In this document: positions 28,058 through 38,655 of the stretch, in pieces | How positions within the stretch are numbered: the first letter of the stretch is position 1 | How the letters are laid out: each line of letters starts with the position of its first letter | Assembly (NCBI GenBank): GCA_021817065.1 | Contig: JAKAWH010000005.1 | Location: 1 to 60,811, forward strand | DNA length: 60,811 nt | Direction of reading: 5' to 3' | From: Actinomycetes bacterium | GTDB lineage: Bacteria; Actinomycetota; Acidimicrobiia; Acidimicrobiales; JAKAVM01 | Position numbers and translations under genes: made by a program | The notes under the pieces: model-generated | What the model saw: the letters and a program-made list of their open reading frames with translations, nothing else | What the model was told of the DNA's origin: nothing | Databases searched by the model: none

Positions 28058-28880
28058 GAGGCACCTCGTGCAGAGTCGTTTGCGGATAAGAAACAGGAAG
28101 AACGTCATTGGGCGCGGTACCAGGCTCCGTCGGGACTCGTCCGCCCTGACCGTCCGGAGGCGAGGGCTCACCAGCACCCCGGAGAGCAATGGCACCGGAA
28201 CCCCGGGGAGCATCCTCACCGGAACCCCCCTCCCAGCAACGGAGGACGGGCAGGAAAAAAGTCGGGACCACTGCTGCCGCGAGTTCGTCTGCCCACTCTT
28301 CGATGGTCTCGCCGGAGGCGCTGCCCGAACTGGGGGGTGCGCCGATCCAATCGGGCGGGGCGACCGCATAGCTAACCACTACGCGGGTAGCCCATTCCGC
28401 GAGGCGGGAAGCCCTCTCTGAGCACAGCCATTGGGCAAGATAAGGGGTGAGGACCTCGCGGCAGAGCGCGATCAGGGACTCGAGTCGCTCGAAAGCGAGG
28501 TTGCGCAGTACGACTTCTGGCTCGTGCTCGAGGAGAAACGCCAGGACCTCGTCGCCGGCCAGTTCCCGCCAAGCCTGGCTCATCCCGTTGGTCAGAAGTT
28601 CCTCGAGGCCGGACGAGGCAGTGACCACCCGTGCCAACGTGTCGAAAAACTGGTCACGTTGTCGGTCGACCACCGCGTCAAGAATGGAGTCGCGCCCGTT
28701 TGGGAAGGCACGGTACACGGTCGCACGCGAGATACCGGCATCCCGGGCGATGTCGTCGACGGTGGTCTTGGTGACCCCCCAGCGGCCGAAGCACCGGAGG
28801 GCGGCCTCGACAATGCGTCCTTCCAGCGAACGTCTCTCGGTGCCGGAGTCCCTGGCGGGCGGCACCGCGACATCTGTCAT
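28050..28880 (-). CDS. TetR/AcrR family transcriptional regulator
   Basis: HTH RIVEAALRCFGRWGVTKTTVDDIARDAGISRATVYRAFP. Confidence 0.92.
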   Translation of the reverse strand: MTDVAVPPARDSGTERRSLEGRIVEAALRCFGRWGVTKTTVDDIARDAGISRATVYRAFPNGRDSILDAVVDRQRDQFFDTLARVVTASSGLEELLTNGMSQAWRELAGDEVLAFLLEHEPEVVLRNLAFERLESLIALCREVLTPYLAQWLCSERASRLAEWATRVVVSYAVAPPDWIGAPPSSGSASGETIEEWADELAAAVVPTFFLPVLRCWEGGSGEDAPRGSGAIALRGAGEPSPPDGQGGRVPTEPGTAPNDVLPVSYPQTTLHEVPHG

Positions 28881-28882
28881 GT

Positions 28883-28916
28883 TGAGACACTAAGCCTTAT
28901 CATGTCTCATTGTCAA
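28883..28916 (-). promoter_or_regulatory. leaderless sigmaA promoter overlapped by the palindromic operator TGAGACA-N13-TGTCTCA
   Basis: Minus strand TTGACA-N18-TAGTGT-N6-ATG(28880); inverted repeat arms at 28883-28889 and 28903-28909. Confidence 0.8.
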
Positions 28917-28938
28917 TAGATTTTCGGGACTAATTCCT

Positions 28939-29502
28939 CTAGACGGAAATCCATCCTAGGATCTGGGTTGCGACCAACTCGTGGACCTGCTCCCGATCGG
29001 TGAGGTCCCAACTCCCCGGCGCCATTATGTGGCTGAGGATCATCCGGGCGACGTAGTCTGCTGCTGCCGGAGCAGAAACGCTTTCAGGCAGGGGGACTTG
29101 AGCGAGGAAAGGCGTGAGGAACCCCCGGATGAGGCCAAGGATTCGGGTTCCTTCCACCGTGAGCTGGCGCATGAGGACATCCGGCTCGGTATGCAGGACC
29201 TTTTGTAGGACCTCATGACCTTCCACTGCTTCCTGCCCCCGCATGAGTGCCGCTTCGATCAAGGCTGATATGTCCCCTGCTCCGGACACATCAGTTGCCA
29301 GGCGGGCAAAGAAGCGCTGGGCCTCCCATGCAACCGCTGCCCGAACCAATTCGTCCTTGCCTCCCGGAAAATACCGGTACACGGTCGCCCGCGACAACCC
29401 GGAAAGCCGAGCGGCCTCCTCAACGGTGGTCTTGGCTAGGCCGACCCGGGCAATGCACCCGTAGGTGGCCTCCAGGATCTTTTCCCTGACATCGTCGGAC
29501 AT
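28939..29502 (-). CDS. TetR/AcrR family transcriptional regulator
   Basis: HTH REKILEATYGCIARVGLAKTTVEEAARLSGLSRATVYRYFPGGKDEL; paralog of the neighbouring TetR. Confidence 0.92.
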   Translation of the reverse strand: MSDDVREKILEATYGCIARVGLAKTTVEEAARLSGLSRATVYRYFPGGKDELVRAAVAWEAQRFFARLATDVSGAGDISALIEAALMRGQEAVEGHEVLQKVLHTEPDVLMRQLTVEGTRILGLIRGFLTPFLAQVPLPESVSAPAAADYVARMILSHIMAPGSWDLTDREQVHELVATQILGWISV

Positions 29503-29540
29503 CGAACCCCTAGAGCAATAGACCCATGGTGCGCGCCTGC

Positions 29541-30407
29541 CTACAGTCCCATGATCGATTCGATCCCGATCGTCAGCCCGGGCATAGTAGCGATCCGCTT
29601 GACCGCCATGAGGACGCCGGGCATGAAGCATGCCCGGTCAAGAGAATCGTGGCGGACGGTGAGACTCTCCCCCGCACCTCCGAAGATCACCTCCTGATGG
29701 GCGACCAAACCCGGAAGCCGAACTGCGTGGATTCGCACACCGCCTTCTGTGACTCCGCCTCGGGTGCCCGGAAGCGACGAGGTGACCGTTGGGTCACCCC
29801 TATCCGGCTTCCCTACGCTGCGCCGAGACGCGTCGATGCGCCGGGCGGTGGACAGCGAGGTGCCCGATGGCGCGTCGACCTTGGCGTCGTGGTGCAACTC
29901 GATGATCTCGGCCGCATCCATGTGGGCCGCTGCAATTTCCGCGAACCGCATCATCAAGACCGCTCCGATCGAGAAATTGGGAGCTATCACGCAATGAGCG
30001 CGTCCGGCCGCATCGGCGGGTCCTGCAGCCGACACCGAGTACGCAGGGGCGGCTCTTTCGGCAAAGAGCTCCGCCACCTCTTCCATATCGTCTTTCGAGA
30101 AACCAGTAGTACCGACCACCGCATGCACGGAGTGGGTCGCGCACCAGCGAATATTGTCCATCGCGGACGGTGCGACGGTGAAATCCACCGCTACATCCAC
30201 CCCGGCAGACATCATGTCGGCCACACTCGACCCGATGCGTATCCCCTCTCCTCCAAGCACGGAGAGACTCCCCAGATCTCGTCCTGAAGATGTGGGATCG
30301 ATAGCCGCCACCAATTCGGTCTCCGGATCCGCGACTACCGCTCGGCAGACCTGCGAACCCATCCGGCCGGCAGCGCCGAATACTCCGACCCGTATCACGG
30401 AAGACAT
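29541..30407 (-). CDS. dapB: 4-hydroxy-tetrahydrodipicolinate reductase
   Basis: GAAGRMG, VDFT, VGTTG, PNFSIG, ELHHDAKVDAPSGT. Confidence 0.97.
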   Translation of the reverse strand: MSSVIRVGVFGAAGRMGSQVCRAVVADPETELVAAIDPTSSGRDLGSLSVLGGEGIRIGSSVADMMSAGVDVAVDFTVAPSAMDNIRWCATHSVHAVVGTTGFSKDDMEEVAELFAERAAPAYSVSAAGPADAAGRAHCVIAPNFSIGAVLMMRFAEIAAAHMDAAEIIELHHDAKVDAPSGTSLSTARRIDASRRSVGKPDRGDPTVTSSLPGTRGGVTEGGVRIHAVRLPGLVAHQEVIFGGAGESLTVRHDSLDRACFMPGVLMAVKRIATMPGLTIGIESIMGL

Positions 30408-30457
30408 TCGACCCTTCTCGGGGCGACCGATTGCCGCATGGCTGATCGCCGCACCGG

Positions 30458-32902
30458 TTACCGCCGCCGACGGCGGCGGCTCGGTCGAGAGCGCTCTCCC
30501 GGCGCGCCAGACGAATGGCCCCCACCGTCCCCACCGTCGGGAGATTCCGGTCCGAGATCACCGTACTCGGCGGTGAGGCCGCGGGCGAACTCCTCTTCGA
30601 ACGATACGAACTCGGTAGGCGCTGATTCCCCCGCGGTGCTCCTCCCCGACGACCCGCGCGGGCCGCGTCCACGATCTCCCCCGGTGCGGTCCTGACCTGG
30701 CCCGCCACCGCTCCCCCCGCCGAGGGCTTCCAGAGAATCGCCGGTCAGGACCAGCGACACCTTGCCGCCGCGATCGATCTCGTCGACCTTGACGAGAAGC
30801 TTCTGACCTAGGCTGAGCACGTCCTCCACCCGCTCGACCCGGCGGCCCGGTCCTCCCAGCTTGGAAACGTGGAGCAATCCGTCCCGCCCAGGAAGAATGT
30901 TGACGAAAGCGCCGAACTTGGTCAGGTTGACCACGGTTCCCTCATAGGTGGCTCCAACCTCGGCGGTCGGGGGGTTGATGATCAGCTCGATGCGCGCCAA
31001 GGCTTCTTCCACCGCGGCCGAGTCCTTGGAGCCGATGGTGACCGTCCCGACCGTGCCGTCGTCGTCGACCGAGATGTCAGCTCCTGTCTCCTGCTGAATG
31101 GTGTTGATCACCTTGCCCTTCGGCCCGATCACTTCTCCCACCTTGTCGAGTGGAATGGTGATCGACACGATCTTCGGCGCATTTGCATTCACCTCCCCGC
31201 GCGGTCCGTCGATCGCTCCCTTCATCACCTCGAGGATGGCGAGACGCGCTTCGCGGGCCTGCTGTAGAGCTTGCGCGAGCACATCGGCAGGGAGGCCGTC
31301 GATCTTGGTGTCGAGCTGGAGGGCAGTCACGAACTCCGACGTGCCGGCCACCTTGAAGTCCATGTCGCCGAAGGCGTCCTCGGCACCCAGAATGTCGGTC
31401 AGGGTGGTGTACTTGCCTTGCTCGTAGACCAGGCCCATCGCAATACCGGCCACGGGCGCCTTGATCGGAACGCCGGCGTCCATGAGCGACAGTGTGGAGC
31501 CGCATACCGAGGCCATCGAGGTAGAACCATTGGACGAGAGCACCTCAGACACCAGCCGGAGTGTGTAGGGGAACTCCTCGATCAAGGGAACAACCGGGAG
31601 GAGAGCCCTCTCTGCCAGGAGGCCGTGACCTATCTCTCGCCGCTTGGGGCCCCGCATGAAACCGGTCTCGCCGGTCGAGAAGGGCGGGAAGTTGTAGTGA
31701 TGCATGTACCTCTTGGAATCGTCGATCCCGATGGTGTCAAGCAACTGGTTCATCCGAGGCATCCCCAACGTGGTCACGTTGAGGACCTGGGTGTCACCCC
31801 GCTGGAACAGTCCAGAACCGTGGGCAGTGGGGATGAGCGCCACTTCCGCCGAGAGAGGTCGAAGATCGCTGGTTCCCCGACCGTCGATCCGCACTCCCTC
31901 GTCGACGATGCGAGTTCGCACGATCTTCTTGGTCATCGACTTGACCGCCGCGGCGATCTCGCGCTCTCGCCCCTCGAATTCTCCGGAAAGGGCAGTGGCG
32001 ATCTCTGACTCGGCGGCGTCCAAGGCCGCTTTGCGCTCGGCCTTGCCCTCGGTGGCATTCGCCTTGACCAGCAGGTCGTACCCGACGGTCTTCACCCGCT
32101 CGGCGACGTCGGCCCCGTAGTCGACCAACAGCGGGAAATTCCTGATCTCCACCGGACCCACCGCAGCGACCAGTTGGCGCTGCAGTTCGATCGACTCGCG
32201 GATCCACTGCTTGGATGCTTCCAGGCCCTCTGCGATGACCTCCTCGGTGACCTTGGGAGCACCCTCCTGGTAGTAGTGCCAGGCCCTCTCGGTGCCACCG
32301 GCTTCCACCATCATTATGGCGATATCCGAATCGGGTCCCTCGGAAAGGGCTCGGCCTGCTACCACCAGCTCGAAGGTCGAGGCGTCGCCCTCCTGATAGG
32401 TGGCATGAGGAATCCATCTGCCCTCGGTCGAATACGCGATCCGCACTGCACCGATCGGGCCCTCGAAGGGGATTCCCGAGATCATCAGCGCCGCCGACGC
32501 CACGTTGATGGCGAGCACGTCGTGGGGATTCTCCTGGTCGGCGCCGAAAATGGTCCCGACCACGTGAACCTCGTTGCGGAAACCGTCGGGGAAAGAAGGC
32601 CGGAGCGGTCGGTCGATCAGCCGGCAGTTGAGAATGGCCTGATCGGTCGCCCTGCCCTCTCGGCGGAAAAACGATCCGGGGATCTTCCCCGCTGCATACA
32701 TCCTCTCTTCGATGTCGACAGTGAGGGGAAAGAAGTCGGCGCCCTCCCGCACCGACTTGGCTGCCGTAGCGGTGACGAGGACCATGGTGTCCCCGATCCG
32801 GCCGACGACCGCTCCGTCGGCCTGGAAGGCGAGTTTGCCGGTTTCGAATGTGAGGATCCGGTCAGTCCCGCTAATCGGACCGGATACGGAGGCCTGGGCC
32901 AT
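30458..32902 (-). CDS. pnp: polyribonucleotide nucleotidyltransferase
   Basis: FFPLTVD, RLIDRPLRP, RREIGHG, SNGSTSMASVC, DMDFKVAGT, KH and S1 domains. Confidence 0.98.
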   Translation of the reverse strand: MAQASVSGPISGTDRILTFETGKLAFQADGAVVGRIGDTMVLVTATAAKSVREGADFFPLTVDIEERMYAAGKIPGSFFRREGRATDQAILNCRLIDRPLRPSFPDGFRNEVHVVGTIFGADQENPHDVLAINVASAALMISGIPFEGPIGAVRIAYSTEGRWIPHATYQEGDASTFELVVAGRALSEGPDSDIAIMMVEAGGTERAWHYYQEGAPKVTEEVIAEGLEASKQWIRESIELQRQLVAAVGPVEIRNFPLLVDYGADVAERVKTVGYDLLVKANATEGKAERKAALDAAESEIATALSGEFEGREREIAAAVKSMTKKIVRTRIVDEGVRIDGRGTSDLRPLSAEVALIPTAHGSGLFQRGDTQVLNVTTLGMPRMNQLLDTIGIDDSKRYMHHYNFPPFSTGETGFMRGPKRREIGHGLLAERALLPVVPLIEEFPYTLRLVSEVLSSNGSTSMASVCGSTLSLMDAGVPIKAPVAGIAMGLVYEQGKYTTLTDILGAEDAFGDMDFKVAGTSEFVTALQLDTKIDGLPADVLAQALQQAREARLAILEVMKGAIDGPRGEVNANAPKIVSITIPLDKVGEVIGPKGKVINTIQQETGADISVDDDGTVGTVTIGSKDSAAVEEALARIELIINPPTAEVGATYEGTVVNLTKFGAFVNILPGRDGLLHVSKLGGPGRRVERVEDVLSLGQKLLVKVDEIDRGGKVSLVLTGDSLEALGGGSGGGPGQDRTGGDRGRGPRGSSGRSTAGESAPTEFVSFEEEFARGLTAEYGDLGPESPDGGDGGGHSSGAPGERSRPSRRRRRR

Positions 32903-33115
32903 TGATTCTCCTTAGGATTATCCCGTTGGGAGGCGACCAGGGCCAGTTCCCAGTCGTCTGGATCCCCGGAAAAGTCCTCCCCGGTTTCCCGGAGCAGCCT
33001 CGGAGGTCTCGGCGACTGGCAGCCAACCACAGGGCCACCTCGATGTCGACGTGGCACCCGGTGGCACGCGTCCGCTCCTCCCTCGGTGGCGAAACCACCA
33101 GAGAATCGGCCGGCG

Positions 33116-33388
33116 CTACCGGCGAATACCGAGGCGTGCGATAATGCTGCGGTAACGCTCCACGTCGTTCGCCTTCACATAGTCGAGCAGGCGGCGGCGC
33201 TTGCCGATCAGCTTCATCAGGCCGCGACGGGTGTGGTGATCACCCTTGTGGTCTTTGAGATGCTCGGTCAGGTGCGAAATTCGTGCAGAGAGCAACGCAA
33301 TCTGCACCTCCGGCGAGCCCGTGTCGGTCTCGTGGAGGCGATGCTCGGCGACGATCGCCGACTTGTCGAGTGTGCCCGTAGCTGTCAT
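33116..33388 (-). CDS. rpsO: 30S ribosomal protein S15
   Basis: [28 protein letters not shown]; start ATG 33388. Confidence 0.97.
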   Translation of the reverse strand: MTATGTLDKSAIVAEHRLHETDTGSPEVQIALLSARISHLTEHLKDHKGDHHTRRGLMKLIGKRRRLLDYVKANDVERYRSIIARLGIRR

Positions 33389-33500
33389 CGTTCCTGGTAT
33401 CCGGCGGTCAGCATAGCAGGAGGCGGCTCGCCCCTTCACATCCGGTGGACGGCGCCACCCGTCACCCACGAACCGGCCCACGCTACCGGCCCGATTCTCG

Positions 33501-34469
33501 TCAGGTCCCGAGGACGCGCCGGGTGTCCTCAATGTCCTTCCATATCTGGGAAGAGAGCTCTTCGGTCGAGCGGAAAGCGACCTCGTCGCGAAGCCTCCGA
33601 TGGAACCGGACTGCCAGGCGTTCACCGTAGAGATCGCCCTCGAAATCGAGGATGTGCACTTCCAGGAGCGGGTGAGAGGCCTGCCGGTAGTAGGTCGGGC
33701 GGATGCCGATCGAGGCAACCATCGGGGCCACCGTCCCATCGGGCATGTGGCACCATCCGGCATAGATCCCGTTGCGCGGTAGAAGGATGCCGTCTGCGAC
33801 AGCGAGGTTGGCGGTCGGGCACCCCAGCTCCGTCCCACCCCTCCCGTCGCCCGGCTCGACGGTTCCGCGCACTTCGTGATCCCGCCCGAGGAGAGCTGCT
33901 GCTGCCTCGACCTTCCCTTCAGCGACCAGCGCGCGCACCCGGGTCGAGGAGATCGGTTCGGCAACGACATCCCCAGTAGCTGCCGAAGAGAACCCACCGG
34001 GCATCAGTTGTACCCCCTCCACCCCGAATCCGTACGAATGGCCCATCTCCGAGAGGAGCGCCAGGTTGCCCCGGCGCCCTTTTCCGAAGTGGAAGTCGCT
34101 GCCCACCACCACCAGCCGGGCTCGTAACTGCTCCACCAGCACACCGGTGACGAATTCTTCGGGCGGCTGGGACGCCCGAGATTCGTCGAAGGTAACGATT
34201 CGCACCGCGTCGATTCCCGTCGAGTCCAGGAGTTCCAGCTTCTGGTCCGTTCCGGTCAGGAGCAGGGGGGCCGACTCCCGCCGGACCACGACCGCCGGAT
34301 GGCGGTCGAATGTGAGAACTACGCTCGCCAGACCGATTAGCTCTGCCCGGGCCCGCATCTCACCGATCAGCGCGCGATGGCCGAGGTGCACCCCGTCGAA
34401 AGCACCGATGGATACGGCGCTGGCTTCCCACTCTCCCGGGAGGGGGTCGGTATCGGTTAGAACTCTCAC
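33501..34469 (-). CDS. ribF: bifunctional riboflavin kinase/FAD synthetase
   Basis: [36 protein letters not shown]. Confidence 0.96.
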   Translation of the reverse strand: MRVLTDTDPLPGEWEASAVSIGAFDGVHLGHRALIGEMRARAELIGLASVVLTFDRHPAVVVRRESAPLLLTGTDQKLELLDSTGIDAVRIVTFDESRASQPPEEFVTGVLVEQLRARLVVVGSDFHFGKGRRGNLALLSEMGHSYGFGVEGVQLMPGGFSSAATGDVVAEPISSTRVRALVAEGKVEAAAALLGRDHEVRGTVEPGDGRGGTELGCPTANLAVADGILLPRNGIYAGWCHMPDGTVAPMVASIGIRPTYYRQASHPLLEVHILDFEGDLYGERLAVRFHRRLRDEVAFRSTEELSSQIWKDIEDTRRVLGT

Positions 34470-34481
34470 CAGGGCGCCACG

Positions 34482-35363
34482 CTAGCCCGCCGGTTCCAGA
34501 ACCACTGCCGGCCGGCATTGCCCGCCCCGGCGTTCGTACACCGCGAGGACCCGACCGTCCCCGGCAACCAAACACCACGGTCCGGGCGTCTTTGCCCCCA
34601 GAGTCGGCAATGTGATCGGCCGTCCGAATCCGATCTCCCGGGCGACCTCGTCCCCCACCACGAATTGATCCATCTCCCGCAACGCCTCCCCGAGGTCGAG
34701 CACATCGCATTCCGCGATCGCGTCGACCGGGCGCGCCTCGCCGGCCGTGAAGGACCCGGATGCGGTTCGGCGGAGGGTACGAAGGTGGGCTCCGCCTCCG
34801 AGCAGCTTGCCCAGGTCATCGACGAGAGTGCGGACGTACGTCCCCGCAGAGCACACCACCTCGAACGAGAAGACCGAACCCCCTTCCCCGTCCGGATACA
34901 GGGGTGCCACCTCGAAGCTGTCGACGGTAACCCGGCTCGATGGGCGCTCCACCTCCAGTCCCTGGCGTGCAAGAGCGTGAAGGCGGACGCCTCCGACTTT
35001 CTTTGCCGAGACCATCGGAGGGACCTGTTCGATCTCCCCGGTCAAAGTCGCTGCACAGCGTTGCACTGATCCGGCATCCACCCCTCCCATATCGAAGCGG
35101 GCGACAATCTCCCCTGACGCGTCCAGCGTCGTCGTCGATGCCCCCAGCACGAGTTCGCCTCGATAGCGTTTGGAACCGGATCCGATGAACCGGAGCAGCC
35201 GGGTCGCCTTTCCCAGCCCGATCAGAAGGACACCGGTCGCTCCCGGGTCGAGAGTTCCTGCATGTCCCACCTTGGACTGACCGAAGACTCGGCGGCACCG
35301 GGCCACCACGTCGTGGGAAGTGTATCCAGCTTCCTTGTCTACCACCACCAGGCCGTCGATCAC
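34482..35363 (-). CDS. truB: tRNA pseudouridine(55) synthase
   Basis: TSHDVV, GHAGTLDP, QVPPMVSA, CSAGTYVR; GTGA overlap with rbfA. Confidence 0.96.
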   Translation of the reverse strand: MIDGLVVVDKEAGYTSHDVVARCRRVFGQSKVGHAGTLDPGATGVLLIGLGKATRLLRFIGSGSKRYRGELVLGASTTTLDASGEIVARFDMGGVDAGSVQRCAATLTGEIEQVPPMVSAKKVGGVRLHALARQGLEVERPSSRVTVDSFEVAPLYPDGEGGSVFSFEVVCSAGTYVRTLVDDLGKLLGGGAHLRTLRRTASGSFTAGEARPVDAIAECDVLDLGEALREMDQFVVGDEVAREIGFGRPITLPTLGAKTPGPWCLVAGDGRVLAVYERRGGQCRPAVVLEPAG

Positions 35364-35740
35364 ATGCCTCCCTGGGAAGGGCGAAGCGCCCGGAGTGCTT
35401 CCTCCACTGCTTCGCCATGAACGACGGCGGGGTCCACCTCGAACTGGAGGTGGGGGGTGCGCTTGGTCCGCACCGTCCGAGCGATCGCCGCCTGGATGCG
35501 GAGCCGCCCCTCTTCGAGGGCTTCGCTGGATTCTTCGTCGAGCGAGGCGACGTACACCCGGGCGCGCCGAAGGTCCGGGTCGCACTCGACCCCGGTCACC
35601 GTAATCAGAGACAGGCGCTCGTCGGAATCGGCGAGCCGCTCCAGTTCGGAGGCGACCGCGTGGCGGACGGCTTCGTTCACGCGAGCAGTACGCGGATAGG
35701 GCTTGGCGACCGAGTCTCGACCGCGTCGCGGGTCACCCAT
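35360..35740 (-). CDS. rbfA: ribosome-binding factor A
   Basis: YPRTARVNE, TVTGVECDPDLRRARVYV, RTPHLQFEVD; lies after infB. Confidence 0.93.
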   Translation of the reverse strand: MGDPRRGRDSVAKPYPRTARVNEAVRHAVASELERLADSDERLSLITVTGVECDPDLRRARVYVASLDEESSEALEEGRLRIQAAIARTVRTKRTPHLQFEVDPAVVHGEAVEEALRALRPSQGGM

Positions 35741-35760
35741 CAACGGCTCCCGTTCTCGCC

Positions 35761-38652
35761 CTAGGCCCGGGCGATCTCGCGCTCCTCGAACGTCTCGATG
35801 ATGTCGCCTTCCTTGAGGTCCTGGAAATCCGAAAGACCGACACCGCATTCGAACCCGCTCTGCACCTCCCGAGCATCGTCCTTGAAGCGGCGAAGGGATG
35901 CCACCGCGCCCTTCCAAATGATGACCCCGTCCCGAAGGAAGCGAACCCGTGACCCTCGAGTGATCGTCCCGTTGCGCACGTAACAACCCGCAACCGCCCC
36001 GACCCGAGGAATGCGGAACACGGCACGTACTTCGGCCTCACCGGTAACCACTTCTTCGAACTCGGGTTTGAGCATACCCACCAGCGCCGCTTCGATGTCC
36101 TCAAGAACCTTGTAGACCACTTCGTAAGTGCGAATGTCGACCTGCTGTGCCTGCGCGGCTTCCCGCGAGCGACGATCGGGCCTCACATTAAACCCGATGA
36201 TGGTCGCACCAGAAGCAGCAGCGAGCCCGACGTCGTTCTCGGTGATTCCTCCCACCGCACGGTGCACGAAAGAGATCTTGACCTCGTCGCGCTCCAACTT
36301 GCGGAGAGAGTCGGTCAGCGCCTCGAGCGAGCCCTGGACGTCCGCCTTGAGGATGAGGTTGAGGGTGGCTGTTTCTCCGCGACTCACCTGCTCGAAAAGG
36401 TCCTCCAAGCGCACGGCGCCCGCCGACGGTACCGGAGCATGCCCCATCGAACGGAGGCGCCGTTCGCGGGTCTCTGCAATGGTTCGGGCGGTTGACTGGT
36501 CGGCGACAACCCGAAACTCGTCACCCGCGCTGGGAACGGTCGAAAGACCAAGCACCACGGCAGGAGAAGATGGATGCACCTCCTTGACGTGCGAGCCGGT
36601 CTCGTCGAGGAGGGCCTTCACTTTGCCCCACGCAGGACCTGCAACCATGACGTCGCCCGGAGCGAGGATGCCCTTCTGCACGATGACGGTGGCGACCGGG
36701 CCGCGGCCAACATCGAGATTGGCCTCCAGGACAACACCGCGGGCGTTCCCGACTGGGACCGCGGTGAGCTCGGCTATCTCGGCGACGAGGAGGATGTGCT
36801 CGAGTAGCTCGTCGACGCCCAAACCCTCTGGCGCAGCCACCTCCAACGTCACAGTGTCTCCGCCCCAGTTCTCGGGCACCAGTCCCTGTTCCGAAAGCTG
36901 CTGCATCACCCGATTGGGGTCGGCATCGGGACGATCGACTTTGGTGAGGGCGACGACGATGGGGACTTCTGCGGCCCGCGCATGGTTGATGGCTTCGACG
37001 GTCTGGGGCATCACCCCGTCGTCCGCAGCCACGACAAGGACGACGATGTCGGTGACTTGCGCCCCACGAGCCCGCATGGCAGTGAAAGCCTCATGTCCTG
37101 GTGTGTCGATAAAGGTGATCTGCCTGCCAGCGTGCATCACTTGGTAGGCGCCGACGTGCTGGGTGATCCCACCCGCTTCTCCGAGAGCGACCGCTGTGTT
37201 GCGGATCCGGTCGAGAAGGGTCGTCTTGCCGTGATCTACGTGGCCCATCACGGTGACAACGGGCGGCCGCGGCATCGGTTGGCCCATCTCCTCCTCTTCT
37301 TCGACGCTCTCGAAGTACTTGGCCGCCAGCAACGCTTCTTGCTCTTCGCCCGGATCGACCAGGCGCACCTCGGCCCCAATCTCAGCAGCGAACAACTCGA
37401 TCATCTCGTCGGTAAGCGACTGGGTGGCGGTGACCATCTCCCCCTGGAGGAGGAGGAAACGAATCACGTCTCCGGGCGAACGATTCACTTTGGGCCCCAG
37501 GACTTGAGCGGTCGTACCGCGCTCGACGATCAACTCCCCCTCGGGAACCGGAGCGTTAGAGGGTACGTAGGAGACTGTGAGCTGGGTCGGCTCTAGCTCC
37601 TCCAAGTTGCGCCGGCGGCGACGTGAACGCGATCGGGCAGGTGGCCGGCCCCGCGACGGGGGTCCGCCCCTGCCGCCCGGGCCCCCACCGGGACCTCCGC
37701 CAGGACCTCCTCCAGACGGCCTCTGACCGGTTCGTACGCCCGCAGCCCCCGGCGAGGAGCTCGCCGATCCACCCGAACGGGCGAGCTGTCCGGGAGTGAG
37801 GAAACGCCTGGGAGCTCCCGGCCTATCGGTGCGCGGTGCCCCCGACGGGCCACCTGGCCGTGCCGGAGCCCGCGGCCCGCGGGCTCCGGGAGGCGGAGGG
37901 ATCGGCTTTCCCGACGGAGAAAGAGGACGACCGGGAGGCGGAGGGATCGGCTTGCCCGACGGAGAAAGAGGACGACCGGGCGCGTCGGAACCCACTCGGG
38001 CTGCCGGCAGCTCCGGTGGCGCTCCCAGTCTCCCGGCAGGCTTGCCAGTCGGTCCCGTCGGTCCCGTCGGCCTCGGAGGAGGTCCGGCGGCGGGAGGTGC
38101 CGGACGGGAAACCTTCGGCTCCGGGGGACGTTCAGCGGTCTGGGGAGGATGGGGACCGCTGACTGGCCGGCTGGCCGGGCGGAGAGTGGGCGTCGGGCTT
38201 GGTGACTGTTCAATTCGGGCCGGCACTTCTGGGGCCGAAACGGCCTTGGCCGCAGGAGCAAGTCGCACCGTATCCTCGCCCGGCGTGCTGGATGGGGCAC
38301 GCTCGGATATTCCTCCGGGGCGTTCGGGGCGCGGTGGCAAACCCGGGGCGGGCAAGGAGGACGGAGGTGCAGCCGGCTTACGGAGCGTCACTCCTGCGGA
38401 TGCCACTCGCGGCGTCTGGGCAGCAGGAGTAACCTCGTCCTCCCGGATCAGAGCTTTGGGTTCCTCGGACTCCACCGGCCGGCGCAGACCATCCGCGTCA
38501 GCCTTGCGGCGAACTCGGTCCGCCTGCGCGTCCTCGATGCTGGACGAGTGGCTCTTGACCCCGATCCCCAGCGCGATGCACAGGTCCAAGGCCTCCTTGT
38601 TGGCGAGGCCGAGCTCGCGCGCCAGTTCGTAGACACGAATCTTCTTGGCCAA
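35761..38652 (-). CDS. infB: translation initiation factor IF-2
   Basis: KIRVYELA, MGHVDHGKT, DTPGHEAF, KADVQGSLEAL, SGFECG; TTG start; Pro/Gly-rich linker. Confidence 0.98.
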   Translation of the reverse strand: MAKKIRVYELARELGLANKEALDLCIALGIGVKSHSSSIEDAQADRVRRKADADGLRRPVESEEPKALIREDEVTPAAQTPRVASAGVTLRKPAAPPSSLPAPGLPPRPERPGGISERAPSSTPGEDTVRLAPAAKAVSAPEVPARIEQSPSPTPTLRPASRPVSGPHPPQTAERPPEPKVSRPAPPAAGPPPRPTGPTGPTGKPAGRLGAPPELPAARVGSDAPGRPLSPSGKPIPPPPGRPLSPSGKPIPPPPGARGPRAPARPGGPSGAPRTDRPGAPRRFLTPGQLARSGGSASSSPGAAGVRTGQRPSGGGPGGGPGGGPGGRGGPPSRGRPPARSRSRRRRRNLEELEPTQLTVSYVPSNAPVPEGELIVERGTTAQVLGPKVNRSPGDVIRFLLLQGEMVTATQSLTDEMIELFAAEIGAEVRLVDPGEEQEALLAAKYFESVEEEEEMGQPMPRPPVVTVMGHVDHGKTTLLDRIRNTAVALGEAGGITQHVGAYQVMHAGRQITFIDTPGHEAFTAMRARGAQVTDIVVLVVAADDGVMPQTVEAINHARAAEVPIVVALTKVDRPDADPNRVMQQLSEQGLVPENWGGDTVTLEVAAPEGLGVDELLEHILLVAEIAELTAVPVGNARGVVLEANLDVGRGPVATVIVQKGILAPGDVMVAGPAWGKVKALLDETGSHVKEVHPSSPAVVLGLSTVPSAGDEFRVVADQSTARTIAETRERRLRSMGHAPVPSAGAVRLEDLFEQVSRGETATLNLILKADVQGSLEALTDSLRKLERDEVKISFVHRAVGGITENDVGLAAASGATIIGFNVRPDRRSREAAQAQQVDIRTYEVVYKVLEDIEAALVGMLKPEFEEVVTGEAEVRAVFRIPRVGAVAGCYVRNGTITRGSRVRFLRDGVIIWKGAVASLRRFKDDAREVQSGFECGVGLSDFQDLKEGDIIETFEEREIARA
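37886..37980. repeat. 45-bp tandem duplication inside infB (PGRPLSPSGKPIPPP x2)
   Basis: Copies at 37886-37930 and 37931-37975 differ at one base. Confidence 0.9.
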
Positions 38653-38655
38653 GGA

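Noticed and set aside
33389-33500. S15 autoregulatory leader (and likewise an S2 leader at 51362-51500)
   Set aside because: Plausible by position, but I could not verify the structure by eye, so it is not called.
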